Shown piece by piece: positions 37,879 through 47,324 of a stretch of DNA of 64,000 nucleotides (positions are counted from its first letter, which is position 1; every line of letters begins with the position of its first letter). The stretch lies in IMG/VR virus record IMGVR_UViG_3300050514_000135, positions 1 through 64,000 of that record; one strand, given 5' to 3'. The notes below the pieces were generated by a model, which worked only from the letters and a program-made list of their open reading frames with translations, did no database searches and was not told the DNA's origin. The stretch is from a virus. Taxonomy: Duplodnaviria; Caudoviricetes. The translations under genes were made by a program, and so were the position numbers.

Positions 37879-38424
37879 TCGAGCAGCTCATCAAGCTCGC
37901 GCGCGAGCGCCTGTTCTACGGCGAGCGACTCGAGCACGTCGCGCACTCGCTCGGGCTCAAGGCCGGCGACTACGCGCTCGGGCACCTCGCGGCGCGCGCC
38001 GCCGAGCTCGACCTCCGAAAGCGCCGAAAACCTGACCTGCAGGGTGTCCAGCTGCCGCTGCGACGCAAGGAGCGGCGCGCGGGGCGCGTGTGGTGGGTGC
38101 GGCGGTGACCGAGTACGTCTTCTTGATACTCGGCCTAGGCTTCGTCAGCTCTGTCATCGGGTCGCTCGTGCTGTTCGACCGACGAGAAGCTCGGCGAGAG
38201 GACCAGTGGCGCGTTCAGCAGCGCGTGCAGATGGACGAGACGGTCGAGTGGATGCAAGCCCAGCAGAAACGTCGCAGAGCCACGCACGCCGAGGTTCGAG
38301 CACTGAGGTGGCCCGCAGTCCGAGCGCTGTGCGAGCGCGAGACCGGGCACTCGCCGTGCGAGTGCGCGACGCGCTTCGCCGCGGGAGAGAACGTCTTCTG
38401 GGCTCGCGAGCGACGGAGGGACTC

Positions 38425-39336
38425 TTGACCTCGTTCTGGGACCAGTTCGTGCCCCGGTTCGAGGGCAAGCCGCGCATCGAGCTCCGCGACAACCCGCGCG
38501 TGAAGAAGTGGGTGCAGGTCCTGCTCGACCACCGCGAGAACCTGGAGAACGCCGCCGGCGGGAAGCTCGGCGCCGTGCTCGGCTGCGGGCACTGGGGCTG
38601 CGTCGTGGACATGGCCGACCCGTGGGTGCTGAAGCTCACGATCGACCCGACCGAGGCGCACATCTGGGCGAGGATCACGGAGCTCCAGGCCGACGAGGTC
38701 TACGGGCAGGACGGCTTCACGCGACTCAAGCGCATCTTCGAGTTGAAGCCCGGCATCCGCTACGGCGGGCGCATGAAGCGCGTCTACGGCATCGTGCGCG
38801 AGAAGATCGCGCCGGCGCTGAGGTGGGACCGGCGCCAGAGCGCGGCGCCGACCGTGCACACGCTGCGCAGACTCGGCATCGAGGTGCCCGACAACTATGT
38901 CGCGAACTTCAACTACAAGGAGCTGAAGCAGCTAGACACCTCTTCGGCGGCTAAACCGCTCTGGGTGAAGTCGAACATCGACGAGTTCGCGAACGCGATG
39001 GAGGGCCTCGTCGAGTACAAGGGCATCGGCAGGCAGTGGTACGAGCGGCTGCACATGAGTCGTCGCGACGAGATACGCGATCGTCTGCAGAACGTCCTGA
39101 ATCGAAAGTTCGGCGGCCCCATCGGCGGGCCGCTCGGTGAGTCGCTGGGCATGCTGCTCGACAACGACCTCGTGCTGCGCGATACGCACCTCGGGAACGT
39201 GGGCTGGCGCGTGTTCGAGGAGGTCGACGGCGACGAGGCGCCTGACTCGCTCGTGATATTCGATCCAGGCCACACGCCGACCGAGAAGCGCGAGCTCCCG
39301 GTCGAGGAGTGGCAGCACTTCGCGGCGCTGGGTTAG
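38425..39336 (+). CDS. protein kinase-like (ePK/APH fold) protein
   Basis: LGCGHWGCV Gly loop, VLKLT, E, DTHLGNVG catalytic loop, IFDPG; TTG start after GGAGGG. Confidence 0.7.
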   Translation: MTSFWDQFVPRFEGKPRIELRDNPRVKKWVQVLLDHRENLENAAGGKLGAVLGCGHWGCVVDMADPWVLKLTIDPTEAHIWARITELQADEVYGQDGFTRLKRIFELKPGIRYGGRMKRVYGIVREKIAPALRWDRRQSAAPTVHTLRRLGIEVPDNYVANFNYKELKQLDTSSAAKPLWVKSNIDEFANAMEGLVEYKGIGRQWYERLHMSRRDEIRDRLQNVLNRKFGGPIGGPLGESLGMLLDNDLVLRDTHLGNVGWRVFEEVDGDEAPDSLVIFDPGHTPTEKRELPVEEWQHFAALG

Positions 39337-39338
39337 CC

Positions 39339-39695
39339 ATGACGGCCCGCGCCGCCGGCGTACTGCTCCGGGCCCGCTCGACGGGCCGCTACCTGTTCCT
39401 GCGCGAGGCGGACGGCACCTGGAACGTGCCCGGGGGCGGGATCGAGCCCGGGGAGGACGCCGAGGACGCGGCGCTGCGCGAGCTCGTGGAGGAGACCGGG
39501 TTCTACGGCACGCTCCGGATGAGCCGCGCCGCCTCGCATATCGGCGCGTACCGCCTCTACGTCGGCGAGGTCGAGAAGGAGTTCAAGCCCGAGCTCAGCG
39601 ACGAGCACGAGGCGTACGCCTGGACCAGACTCTGCGACGTGCCGCGGCCGCACCACCGCGGGCTCGATCGCTTCATCTGGCAGGCGTGCAATTAG
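39339..39695 (+). CDS. Nudix hydrolase
   Basis: GGGIEPGEDAEDAALRELVEETG Nudix box. Confidence 0.92.
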   Translation: MTARAAGVLLRARSTGRYLFLREADGTWNVPGGGIEPGEDAEDAALRELVEETGFYGTLRMSRAASHIGAYRLYVGEVEKEFKPELSDEHEAYAWTRLCDVPRPHHRGLDRFIWQACN

Positions 39696-40255
39696 CCCGG
39701 GATCTCGATGATAGACACTTGCACGCTGCCGGACGAGATCACGCACGAGCCCGTGACGTCGGTGACGCGAACGTGGACGACATCCCCGCCTGGCGGGACC
39801 GTGTAGATGCAGTCCACGAAGCCGTCGTTGCTCGAAGCGTCTGTGCTCGTAGCGGGACGCATCACACCCTTGATGGAGTCGGCCTGGGGGATCGGGGTGA
39901 GGTTGTTGTCCACCCACCTGAAGTCGATCGAGTCGCCGACACCACCGAACCCGTCCGCGTGGCCGTGGAAGATCAGGTGGTAGGTCTTGCCGACCGTCAA
40001 CTGGAACGACTCGTTGTCGGGCTGAGTGATCCCGCGCGCGGCGGTTGCCGTGTCGAAGTGGAAGTTAGTCACACCGCCGATGTTTTGAGGGACGGTGTTC
40101 TTCGCCTCGTAATATTGCGGAGAGTCAGCGCCGCTCGACGTGAGTCCGTCGATCACGGCGGCGAGGTTGAGCACGAACTGCCCGATCGGGCTGCTGAGGC
40201 CGAACTGCGAGGCGACCGCCATCGCTCGGCTGTGAAGTTTGCTGGCCATCGTCAT
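39692..40255 (-). CDS. putative virion beta-sandwich protein (paralog of 43962-44516)
   Basis: Shared N-terminus SKLH..AM.VASQFGL.SPIGQ. Confidence 0.55.
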   Translation of the reverse strand: MTMASKLHSRAMAVASQFGLSSPIGQFVLNLAAVIDGLTSSGADSPQYYEAKNTVPQNIGGVTNFHFDTATAARGITQPDNESFQLTVGKTYHLIFHGHADGFGGVGDSIDFRWVDNNLTPIPQADSIKGVMRPATSTDASSNDGFVDCIYTVPPGGDVVHVRVTDVTGSCVISSGSVQVSIIEIPG

Positions 40256-40259
40256 CTCC

Positions 40260-40886
40260 TCAGATCATGAACAGGTTGATCGGGTGCCCCTGCAGCGTCG
40301 CCGAGCCGTACTTCTGGCAATAGTCGGCGTGCAGGTCGTCGCGCCGGACGGGCGCGCTCGCGTCGTTCGCGTAGTACCAGAAGCTGCCGTCCTGCAGCAC
40401 GACGACGACGGCCTGGCCCGACGACAGCGCGTCGAGCTGCGCTTGCATCGCGGGCGGGAGCATCGCCTTCAGCTGGTTCGGCATGGGTGGGGTGCCGCCC
40501 GGAAACGCGGTCGGGACCTGGACAGCGACCACACCCGCGGTGAAGCCCCACTGCGTGAGCTTGACCTGGTCCACGGTGCACACGGCGGCAGGTGGGAGAG
40601 GCGGGGGCGTGGCGGTCGTCGTCGTGGACGCGGTCTTGTCCTTGTTCAGGTACCAGATCGCGGCTGCGCCGAGAGCGAGCGCTCCGAGCACCCAAGGCGC
40701 GGCGCTCGGGTTCGCCTGGAGCTTGCCCTCACGCGCGAGCGCGGCTCGCTTCGCGGAGGGCGACATCTTGTGGTACCAGAGCGCGCCGCAGACCGCGCCC
40801 GGGTTCTGCGCCGACTGTGACGCGCCGCGCACGCAGTCGCGCATCCACTTCTTCGGCGGTCTTCGCGGGTTGGTTTGCATCTTCAT
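40260..40886 (-). CDS. NP-motif membrane-anchored protein with C-terminal HPINLFMI
   Basis: QANPSAAPW followed by a TM helix; C-terminal motif shared with neighbours. Confidence 0.65.
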   Translation of the reverse strand: MKMQTNPRRPPKKWMRDCVRGASQSAQNPGAVCGALWYHKMSPSAKRAALAREGKLQANPSAAPWVLGALALGAAAIWYLNKDKTASTTTTATPPPLPPAAVCTVDQVKLTQWGFTAGVVAVQVPTAFPGGTPPMPNQLKAMLPPAMQAQLDALSSGQAVVVVLQDGSFWYYANDASAPVRRDDLHADYCQKYGSATLQGHPINLFMI

Positions 40887-41584
40887 GGTCCGGGTCCAGA
40901 GTAAAAGTTTGGCTGTCGATGGAGCGTCGCGATCGTGTTCGCCTGGTAGTGACAGTCGGCCGTGAGCAGGTAGACCGTGTCCCCGTTGTCCGGATTGACG
41001 GGGTTGTTGGTGCGCTGCAGCGAGAGGAGCAGGATGCCGTCGGGCTCGAAGTTCGTCGGGTCGAGGGGGACGGGGATCTCGCTCGTCATGTGCCGGAAAG
41101 CTGAGCCAGGCGGCGCCTCGGTGGTGAAGACGGTCGTGCCCGTGAGGTCGTAGTTCTGCTGGTTGAAACCCTTCGCGTACGTCCAGGTGTAGCTCCAGGT
41201 GACCTCGTTCGTTTCCGTGCCGTCCGTGAGCCAGTGCGCGTGCAGGAAGACCGGCGAGTTGAGCGCGTAGTCGTGCTGGAAGTGGTAGACGATGTCGACG
41301 CTCCGGCCGAGCGCGAAAGCGTACGCGCGAAACGCGCTGCCGCCGATGCTCTGTCGCGTCGGGTCACTGATGTCCGTGCCGGGCGTGTAGATCTGCCCGA
41401 CCATGTCCCTCCACCCGCCGTTCTGCGACGTGTAGAAGTTGATGTTGCCGAGCACGTTCAGGAGGCTGAGCGTCGTCGCCGCCGTTTCTTTTAGTCCCCT
41501 GCGCCAATTGCCCATCGCAGAGTGAAGCGACTTCTCGCCGCCGGAAGCTGAAAGCAAACCTAGAAGTCGACGTGTTGCTGACAT
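40883..41584 (-). CDS. putative virion protein
   Basis: N-terminus RLLGLL.AS..EKSLH..MG.WR shared with 50261-51697. Confidence 0.55.
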   Translation of the reverse strand: MSATRRLLGLLSASGGEKSLHSAMGNWRRGLKETAATTLSLLNVLGNINFYTSQNGGWRDMVGQIYTPGTDISDPTRQSIGGSAFRAYAFALGRSVDIVYHFQHDYALNSPVFLHAHWLTDGTETNEVTWSYTWTYAKGFNQQNYDLTGTTVFTTEAPPGSAFRHMTSEIPVPLDPTNFEPDGILLLSLQRTNNPVNPDNGDTVYLLTADCHYQANTIATLHRQPNFYSGPGP

Positions 41585-41587
41585 GGA

Positions 41588-42175
41588 TCACACCATGAAG
41601 AAGTCGGCGGGGTGTCCGTTGAGAGCTGGCGTGCCCTTGGTCACGCTCGCGCCGACGAACTTCGCCAGCGCGGCGTTCTCGGCGTCGTCCGAGACCCACT
41701 TCGTGCCGTTCCACTTGTAGAAGCCGCAATCGACGGTCGAGAACGTGTGCGCGTTCTTGTTCGAGACGTAGTCGGCCTTCGGAGCGGGCCACTGCGCAAC
41801 CGGTTGGGTCTTGTCCGGCGGCACGTACAGCTTGTACGTCGTGGGCTTCGACTTGACGTACGTCGTGAGCATCGCGTCCGTGATCGGGCACGGGAGAGCG
41901 CTCGGCGTCTCGGCCTTCGCCTCGGTGTCGCGCGACATCCACCACCAGATCCCGGCCGCGAGGAGACCTCCGCCAATGATCCACGGCAGCGCGCTCGGGT
42001 TCTCCTGGAGAGACTTGTTGCCAGCGATCTCGTCCGCGTACCTCTCGGCGTCCGCGTATCGATTGAAGACGCGCAGCACTTGGTTGTGCCACATGACGAA
42101 GTACGCCTGGTTCACGTTCGAGTAACGGATCGTGATCCCGTTCCCGACCTGCACGACACTTTGACGCCTCGCCAT
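41588..42175 (-). CDS. NP-motif membrane-anchored protein ending HPADFFMV
   Basis: QENPSALPW followed by a TM helix; start MARRQSV at 42175. Confidence 0.65.
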   Translation of the reverse strand: MARRQSVVQVGNGITIRYSNVNQAYFVMWHNQVLRVFNRYADAERYADEIAGNKSLQENPSALPWIIGGGLLAAGIWWWMSRDTEAKAETPSALPCPITDAMLTTYVKSKPTTYKLYVPPDKTQPVAQWPAPKADYVSNKNAHTFSTVDCGFYKWNGTKWVSDDAENAALAKFVGASVTKGTPALNGHPADFFMV

Positions 42176-42177
42176 CG

Positions 42178-42603
42178 TTACACCATGAAGAAGTCGGCTG
42201 GGTGACGCGCACCGGCGAGCGACTTCACGTAAGCGCAGTACTGGTTCATCAGGTTCGGACTCTTGACCGGCGCGCTGTTCTTGTCCTTGTAGTACCAGAA
42301 CTCGCCGTTTCCGAGCACCAGCACGTACGGCCTGCCGAACGGGAGGTCGGCCGGCGCGAGCTTGGTGGTGACGAGGAACTCGTAGGTCGAGGGGAACGGC
42401 AGCGTGATGTTCGTGGTGTTGCCGGCGAGCTGCTTCTCGACGAGCCACGCCTCGAACTTCGTCTTGTCGATGGGTAGGCAGCTGCCAGGCAGGGGTTGGA
42501 TCGGCTCAGCGCTGGAGCTCGCGCCCTTGCTCGTTCCTGACAGCAGCCACCACGCGCCCAGTACGCCAGCGCCGACCGCCCACGGGACCCAGTTGGTCGC
42601 CAT
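42178..42603 (-). CDS. membrane-anchored paralog ending HPADFFMV
   Basis: MATNWVPWAVGAGVLGAWW TM; G.FWYY shared with 40260-40886. Confidence 0.65.
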   Translation of the reverse strand: MATNWVPWAVGAGVLGAWWLLSGTSKGASSSAEPIQPLPGSCLPIDKTKFEAWLVEKQLAGNTTNITLPFPSTYEFLVTTKLAPADLPFGRPYVLVLGNGEFWYYKDKNSAPVKSPNLMNQYCAYVKSLAGARHPADFFMV

Positions 42604-43958
42604 TACGGTTGGTTCACTCCCCAGCGCTCCTTGTTCGGAGAGCTGTAGGCCCAGATCCCGGTCTGTCGAAAAACTTTTTCGGCCTTGTCCACGGTGTGCT
42701 CCAGTGCCGTTCCCCGAGCATACCCCAGTTGGCCGTACTGCACCGTGCCCTCGCTGACCCTGTACCCATCTGGGTTGATTAGTTCCCAAGTGGCGTGCTT
42801 GTGGACACGAAGCGTGAACACGCGCCCCGGGTCGTCTGCAGAGCCGTACTTGATGAGCGCGGTCTTGTTCCCGTTCGTGAAGGTGACCGTGTACGCGAGC
42901 GGGTTCTGCTGCAGGGAGAGGCCGGACGCTGCCTTGGGCGCGCCGACGACGATGCCCCCGACCACGACCGCGGCGACGCCCGCGAGCGCGACAGCGCCCC
43001 ACGGGAAGCCTGAGCTCTCGGTCGATCCCAAGCCAGGACTTGGTGTCGCTGTCGAGATCCCCGAGCTCGGCAGCGGCGCCGCCTCGTTCGTGCTCATGTA
43101 GTCCGCCGGCAGGACCACGCCTTTGGCGCACGACGCGCCGAGCGTGAAGAAGTCAGCCGGGTGGGGGGCGCCCGCTATGAAACAGGACGCCCCCGGCGCT
43201 TTTGGGTCCATCGCGTTCCACCTCTCCGCGAGGACCGCCGCGAGCAGCACGGGCAGCATGCGCGAGCCCTGGTAGATGTGGTCAGCGTAGCCCTGCGGGT
43301 CGAGGTCGGTGCAGCCGACCATGATGAGTCCGCCGCGCCGGCGCTTCGCCTTCCACGGCGGGGCCGGGTAGTCGATCGAGTAAGGCGTCGTCGCCGGCGG
43401 CACGCCCACGTGCACCGACGTCGCCGGCACGTTGATCTCGGGCACCGGTGTGTCGGCTGCATAGGCTTCGGTGTTGCTCGTGAGCTTCTCCCAGAGCCAG
43501 TTCGCGGTCTCGGTCGTGCTCGCGTAGGGCGGGACCACGCTCGAGTACGAGTCGAGGAACAGGCGCTCGTTGTTTGCGGCGAGCGCCGCGAAGTCGAGCC
43601 ACGGCTTCATCCCGGCCGGGTTCAAGACGTGCTTGACCTTGTCGAGGTAGCCGACGTGGATCCCGTCGACGGCGACGACCGCGTCGACGCGCCCGCCGTC
43701 GCTCGACGAGAGCACCTGCGCGACGCCCTGGCAGCTCGCGCTGAACCCGAGCAGCCCGACTCGCAGCGGCGTCACGCCCGGCGCGTACTTCGCGATCATC
43801 GCTCGCACGCCGCCCCCGTACGGCGCGAGCGACTGCGCCCACGAGTCGGGGTTCGGCAGGTTGACGAACTTCGTCGGGCGCTTGAAGGCGGACTTCACCT
43901 GGTTCACGGGTATGCCGCCGTGATTCCAGGCGATCAGGACGTCCGCCTCCTCGGCCAC
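42603..43958 (-). CDS. alpha/beta-hydrolase-like domain fused to HPADFF motif, TM helix and QQNP segment
   Basis: GLLGFSASC nucleophile elbow, VAVDGIH, ADH. Confidence 0.55.
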   Translation of the reverse strand: MAEEADVLIAWNHGGIPVNQVKSAFKRPTKFVNLPNPDSWAQSLAPYGGGVRAMIAKYAPGVTPLRVGLLGFSASCQGVAQVLSSSDGGRVDAVVAVDGIHVGYLDKVKHVLNPAGMKPWLDFAALAANNERLFLDSYSSVVPPYASTTETANWLWEKLTSNTEAYAADTPVPEINVPATSVHVGVPPATTPYSIDYPAPPWKAKRRRGGLIMVGCTDLDPQGYADHIYQGSRMLPVLLAAVLAERWNAMDPKAPGASCFIAGAPHPADFFTLGASCAKGVVLPADYMSTNEAAPLPSSGISTATPSPGLGSTESSGFPWGAVALAGVAAVVVGGIVVGAPKAASGLSLQQNPLAYTVTFTNGNKTALIKYGSADDPGRVFTLRVHKHATWELINPDGYRVSEGTVQYGQLGYARGTALEHTVDKAEKVFRQTGIWAYSSPNKERWGVNQP

Positions 43959-43961
43959 GGC

Positions 43962-44516
43962 TCACACTTCCTGCACGAGCGCGTACGAGAGCCCGCCGAG
44001 CGCGTCGGCCGTGCCGGTGGCGCCGGTCACGCGGAGCTTCACCGTCTGGTTGACGCTGGGCGTGTGGAAGGTCTCGGCAGTCGGCTGGAAGTTCTCGTTG
44101 TTCGTGTTGGTGACCGGCGTGAGGAACGCGCCGTGATCGGCGTGCAGCACGGCGTTCGTGTTCGCGTCCACCCACTCGATCCCGATATTGGTCGTCTCGC
44201 CCGTGTAGTTCGCGAGCGTGAAGTGCGCGGTGAGCCGGTAGTTCTTGTTCCCCGTGAGAGTGAACACGCCGTTCAGCGGGTTGTACGGGATGTCGCCGTA
44301 ACCGGGCGTGTCCATCACGATGTCGGTGTTGGCGGCGAGCGACTGCCCACCACCGGCCGAGTATGAGGTCTGCACGTAGTCCTTGGCGACCGCCTGCGAC
44401 GGGTGCGAGGACTGCTGCGAGACGCCGAGGATCCACTGCCCGATCGGGCTGCCGAGACCAAACTGCGAGGCGACCTGCATCGCCAGACCATGGAGTTTAG
44501 AACGAGCCATGCTCAC
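43962..44516 (-). CDS. putative virion protein (C1q/beta-sandwich-like, paralog of 39692-40255)
   Basis: Shared N-terminal peptide; GVFTL...YRLT. Confidence 0.55.
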   Translation of the reverse strand: MSMARSKLHGLAMQVASQFGLGSPIGQWILGVSQQSSHPSQAVAKDYVQTSYSAGGGQSLAANTDIVMDTPGYGDIPYNPLNGVFTLTGNKNYRLTAHFTLANYTGETTNIGIEWVDANTNAVLHADHGAFLTPVTNTNNENFQPTAETFHTPSVNQTVKLRVTGATGTADALGGLSYALVQEV

Positions 44517-44887
44517 GCCTTCGCTTCGATGTTGGCTGCAGCAGCTGCTGCCGCCGCCTCTTTCTCGATCCGCACGTCCTCGTCGAGCTTCTTGTCGATG
44601 GCGCGCGCGGCGAGCTGGGTCCTGACGGCTACGACGACCGATACAGCGAACCAGATCAGGAGCATCGCCAGGAACGCTGCCTTGGGCGCGTGAGCGCCGG
44701 GCACGAAGCCGGAGAGGGCGAAGCCCGCGGCGAAGACGAGCAGGCGCTCGGCGGTCTTCCGAGCGTTCGTGTGCCGGTCCATGAGCTTGAACTGCTTCTT
44801 CCAGTCAGGCTCGTAGTCGTCGGGCGGGAGCATGTCTCGGAACTGCTCCTTCTCTTTGCCTTGCAATCCTTTTTGTTCGATGGCCAT
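44513..44887 (-). CDS. two-TM membrane protein
   Basis: Two hydrophobic helices. Confidence 0.6.
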   Translation of the reverse strand: MAIEQKGLQGKEKEQFRDMLPPDDYEPDWKKQFKLMDRHTNARKTAERLLVFAAGFALSGFVPGAHAPKAAFLAMLLIWFAVSVVVAVRTQLAARAIDKKLDEDVRIEKEAAAAAAAANIEAKA

Positions 44888-44896
44888 CTCGTTCCT

Positions 44897-45187
44897 TTAC
44901 TTCACAGGCACCGCGACGACCAGCGCGAGCTCCCCGTCCGGGTCGTCGTAGGTGAACTTCGGTCTTTCGTCGGGGTCCTCGGTCTCGCGCGGGAGTTCGC
45001 GCCGAGCCGCGGTCCAACCTTCGTCGGTGTACCCGCGGCACTCGCCGGTTGTGTCGATCAGGTGCACGTGGAGACTGCCCATGTACCCGACGTCGCGCGC
45101 GGCTTCGTGCAGGATGTCGCTCGGATCCGTGCCCTCGACCAACTTTGGCTTCGTCTTCTTGCCCACGACGGTGATCTCGTATCCCAT
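44897..45187 (-). CDS. hypothetical protein
   Basis: Codon usage; start MGYEIT. Confidence 0.5.
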   Translation of the reverse strand: MGYEITVVGKKTKPKLVEGTDPSDILHEAARDVGYMGSLHVHLIDTTGECRGYTDEGWTAARRELPRETEDPDERPKFTYDDPDGELALVVAVPVK

Positions 45188-45192
45188 GCCGC

Positions 45193-46029
45193 TCACCAGT
45201 ATCCGTAAAAGAATATGTAGTCGACTTGGCAATTGGCGTTCGACTTCGGGCCGAGCACAGCCGTCGGGCGCAGGTTCGTTGTGTTCAGTGGCAGCGTCAG
45301 CGTGATGTCGCCATCGAAGAGCGTGGTTCCGTTGCTGATGTCGAGAACCTGGACGTGAACCTTGGTGTCGTTGGGCAGCGCATACATGCGAACCTCCATC
45401 ACGCGAGGCCCGCCAGTGGTCGGGTCACCGATGATCGCGTTCGCCTTACTGATCACTGCCGCGCTCTTGGTCGCCGTCGCCGCATTGTCTGTTGAGATGA
45501 TCGTTAGGTCGGTATCGCCCGTGCTCGCTCCGAGAACGATTCGATTGCCGGTGGCAGCAGGATCGGCGCCGCCGCCGATAACCGCGTTGTTGGTTCCGAT
45601 CGAAACGACCGCGTCTGCCGTCAGTGCGACGATCGCCAAACGATGGCAGAAGAAAAACCCTCCGACTCCTGCCACCGCTCCGCGGCACATTCCTGGGTCG
45701 GTGAAGTTGTGCCCGACAAGCACGTTGGCCGTGCTGGTCGTCGTGTTCACGCGCGATGAAGCGGTGCGGAGATCCGCGTTCGTCAACGCTGGGGTATTCG
45801 AACCGGAAAGAGTGTTGCTGACGATCGCGAGATTGCTGATAGTGCCGCCCGCCGCGCTCGTCGGCGCGATATAACGAAAAGTTCTACCCTTCAGCGCCGT
45901 CGCGACGGCTGCCGGCAGCGCGGCAAAGTCGGGAACGTTCGCGCCGATGGTCGCCCCGGTGATGGTGACAGCGTTGCCCGCTACTAGTGAGCGCTCGCCG
46001 ACAGCGTCGTCGTGTACGGTGATGGGCAT
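45193..46029 (-). CDS. putative fibre/spike protein
   Basis: T/A/G/N-rich, beta-prone, in the fibre cluster. Confidence 0.5.
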   Translation of the reverse strand: MPITVHDDAVGERSLVAGNAVTITGATIGANVPDFAALPAAVATALKGRTFRYIAPTSAAGGTISNLAIVSNTLSGSNTPALTNADLRTASSRVNTTTSTANVLVGHNFTDPGMCRGAVAGVGGFFFCHRLAIVALTADAVVSIGTNNAVIGGGADPAATGNRIVLGASTGDTDLTIISTDNAATATKSAAVISKANAIIGDPTTGGPRVMEVRMYALPNDTKVHVQVLDISNGTTLFDGDITLTLPLNTTNLRPTAVLGPKSNANCQVDYIFFYGYW

Positions 46030-47324
46030 TAGGAGAACAATCCGATCGAGGCGCCGTTGTTGGCGTTCAGGATAGAGCTCTGCGGGGCGGCGACGATGGT
46101 CGCCCAGGTCACGGCTGCGGTCCCGCCGATGATCGCGTCAGACGCGCCCGTGATGGTCGGTGTGGCGTTGAACGTGAGCTTTCCTCCCGACCGCGTGCGG
46201 ACTCCGGTTCCACCGCTTCCCGTGCCCCAGAGTAGATCGTTGCCACTCAAGAAAGCATCGCACCTCACCTCGCCGTCCTCGACGAGTACGGCATCGCTCG
46301 TGGCGTCGAACACTGCCGCAGTACCGACGCGGGCGACGCCACCGTAGCGACAGCGCCAGCCGTTGTTGCCAGACTGCGAAAACAGCGTGTCGTAATCGAG
46401 GAAGGCGACCGTGCCGTTTTGAAAGGTCGGGCGAGACCGACATAGGCAGCCGAAGTAGGCCACGGTGCTGCCCGGGGCGGCGTGGATGACGCCCGTGTCG
46501 ATGAAGCACTCACACATGACCGCGCTCACGGGACAGTGGACGCGGCAGCCGTAGAAGAGCGGCGAGTTGGTGACCGTCGCGAGCGGCAGGACCGAGACGC
46601 ACACGTCGGCTTGCGTAAGGTACAAGTCCGACACGACGATCTGAGTACCGTTCGTGGTGAGCGCTCCGCCGAACTGAGCGGACAGGTTGTTGATCGCGAG
46701 GTACCCGATCTGAGTGAGGCTCTCGATCACGAACGTGTTACCCGCGGCGGCCGCGGCGGCGGTCGGGTTTCCAGGGATGGGGCTCGCGGCGAGGTTCACG
46801 CTGCCCCACGGGCTCGTGCGGTACACTCCGCCCCCGCCGTCCTTGTCGAGCCAGGCGAGCGCCCCCACGGTGCCACTCGTCAGTCGAACGCGTTGACCGG
46901 TGCGACCGGCTCCCATGCCGGCCTCGGTGACCGAGCTCGGCGTGTTCGTCGCGCGGTTCAAGGCCGTGACGGCGGAGAACCCGCCGCCGGGAGACGTATA
47001 GGTCGTCGTGGCGACGCCCTTGATTCGGAGGCAACCGGCGGAGCCGAGCGTGAACGTGAAGATGCACGGGTCGGTCGATGGCACGTCGGTCAAGTACGTG
47101 ACGGTCGTGTCCCCGACGATGTTCCAGACCACGCCCACGCGGCGCTGGCGCTCGGCGTCGGTCTTCAGCGCGGTGCCGGAGGTGAGGCCGGTGTTCGTGT
47201 CGAGTCCTGCGACCGGGTCGATGAACCACGCGGTCTGCGTCGAGGACGCGCCCGTGAGCGGTGCCACGCCCACCGAGACATTGAGATTCGCGTTCGGGGA
47301 GAGGATGACTTGCGGAGTCGTCAT
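46029..47324 (-). CDS. fibre/adhesin-like protein, paralog 1
   Basis: WFIDPVAGLDTNTG...ALKT..E..RR; RVRLTSG; C-terminal beta-helix-like region. Confidence 0.6.
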   Translation of the reverse strand: MTTPQVILSPNANLNVSVGVAPLTGASSTQTAWFIDPVAGLDTNTGLTSGTALKTDAERQRRVGVVWNIVGDTTVTYLTDVPSTDPCIFTFTLGSAGCLRIKGVATTTYTSPGGGFSAVTALNRATNTPSSVTEAGMGAGRTGQRVRLTSGTVGALAWLDKDGGGGVYRTSPWGSVNLAASPIPGNPTAAAAAAGNTFVIESLTQIGYLAINNLSAQFGGALTTNGTQIVVSDLYLTQADVCVSVLPLATVTNSPLFYGCRVHCPVSAVMCECFIDTGVIHAAPGSTVAYFGCLCRSRPTFQNGTVAFLDYDTLFSQSGNNGWRCRYGGVARVGTAAVFDATSDAVLVEDGEVRCDAFLSGNDLLWGTGSGGTGVRTRSGGKLTFNATPTITGASDAIIGGTAAVTWATIVAAPQSSILNANNGASIGLFS

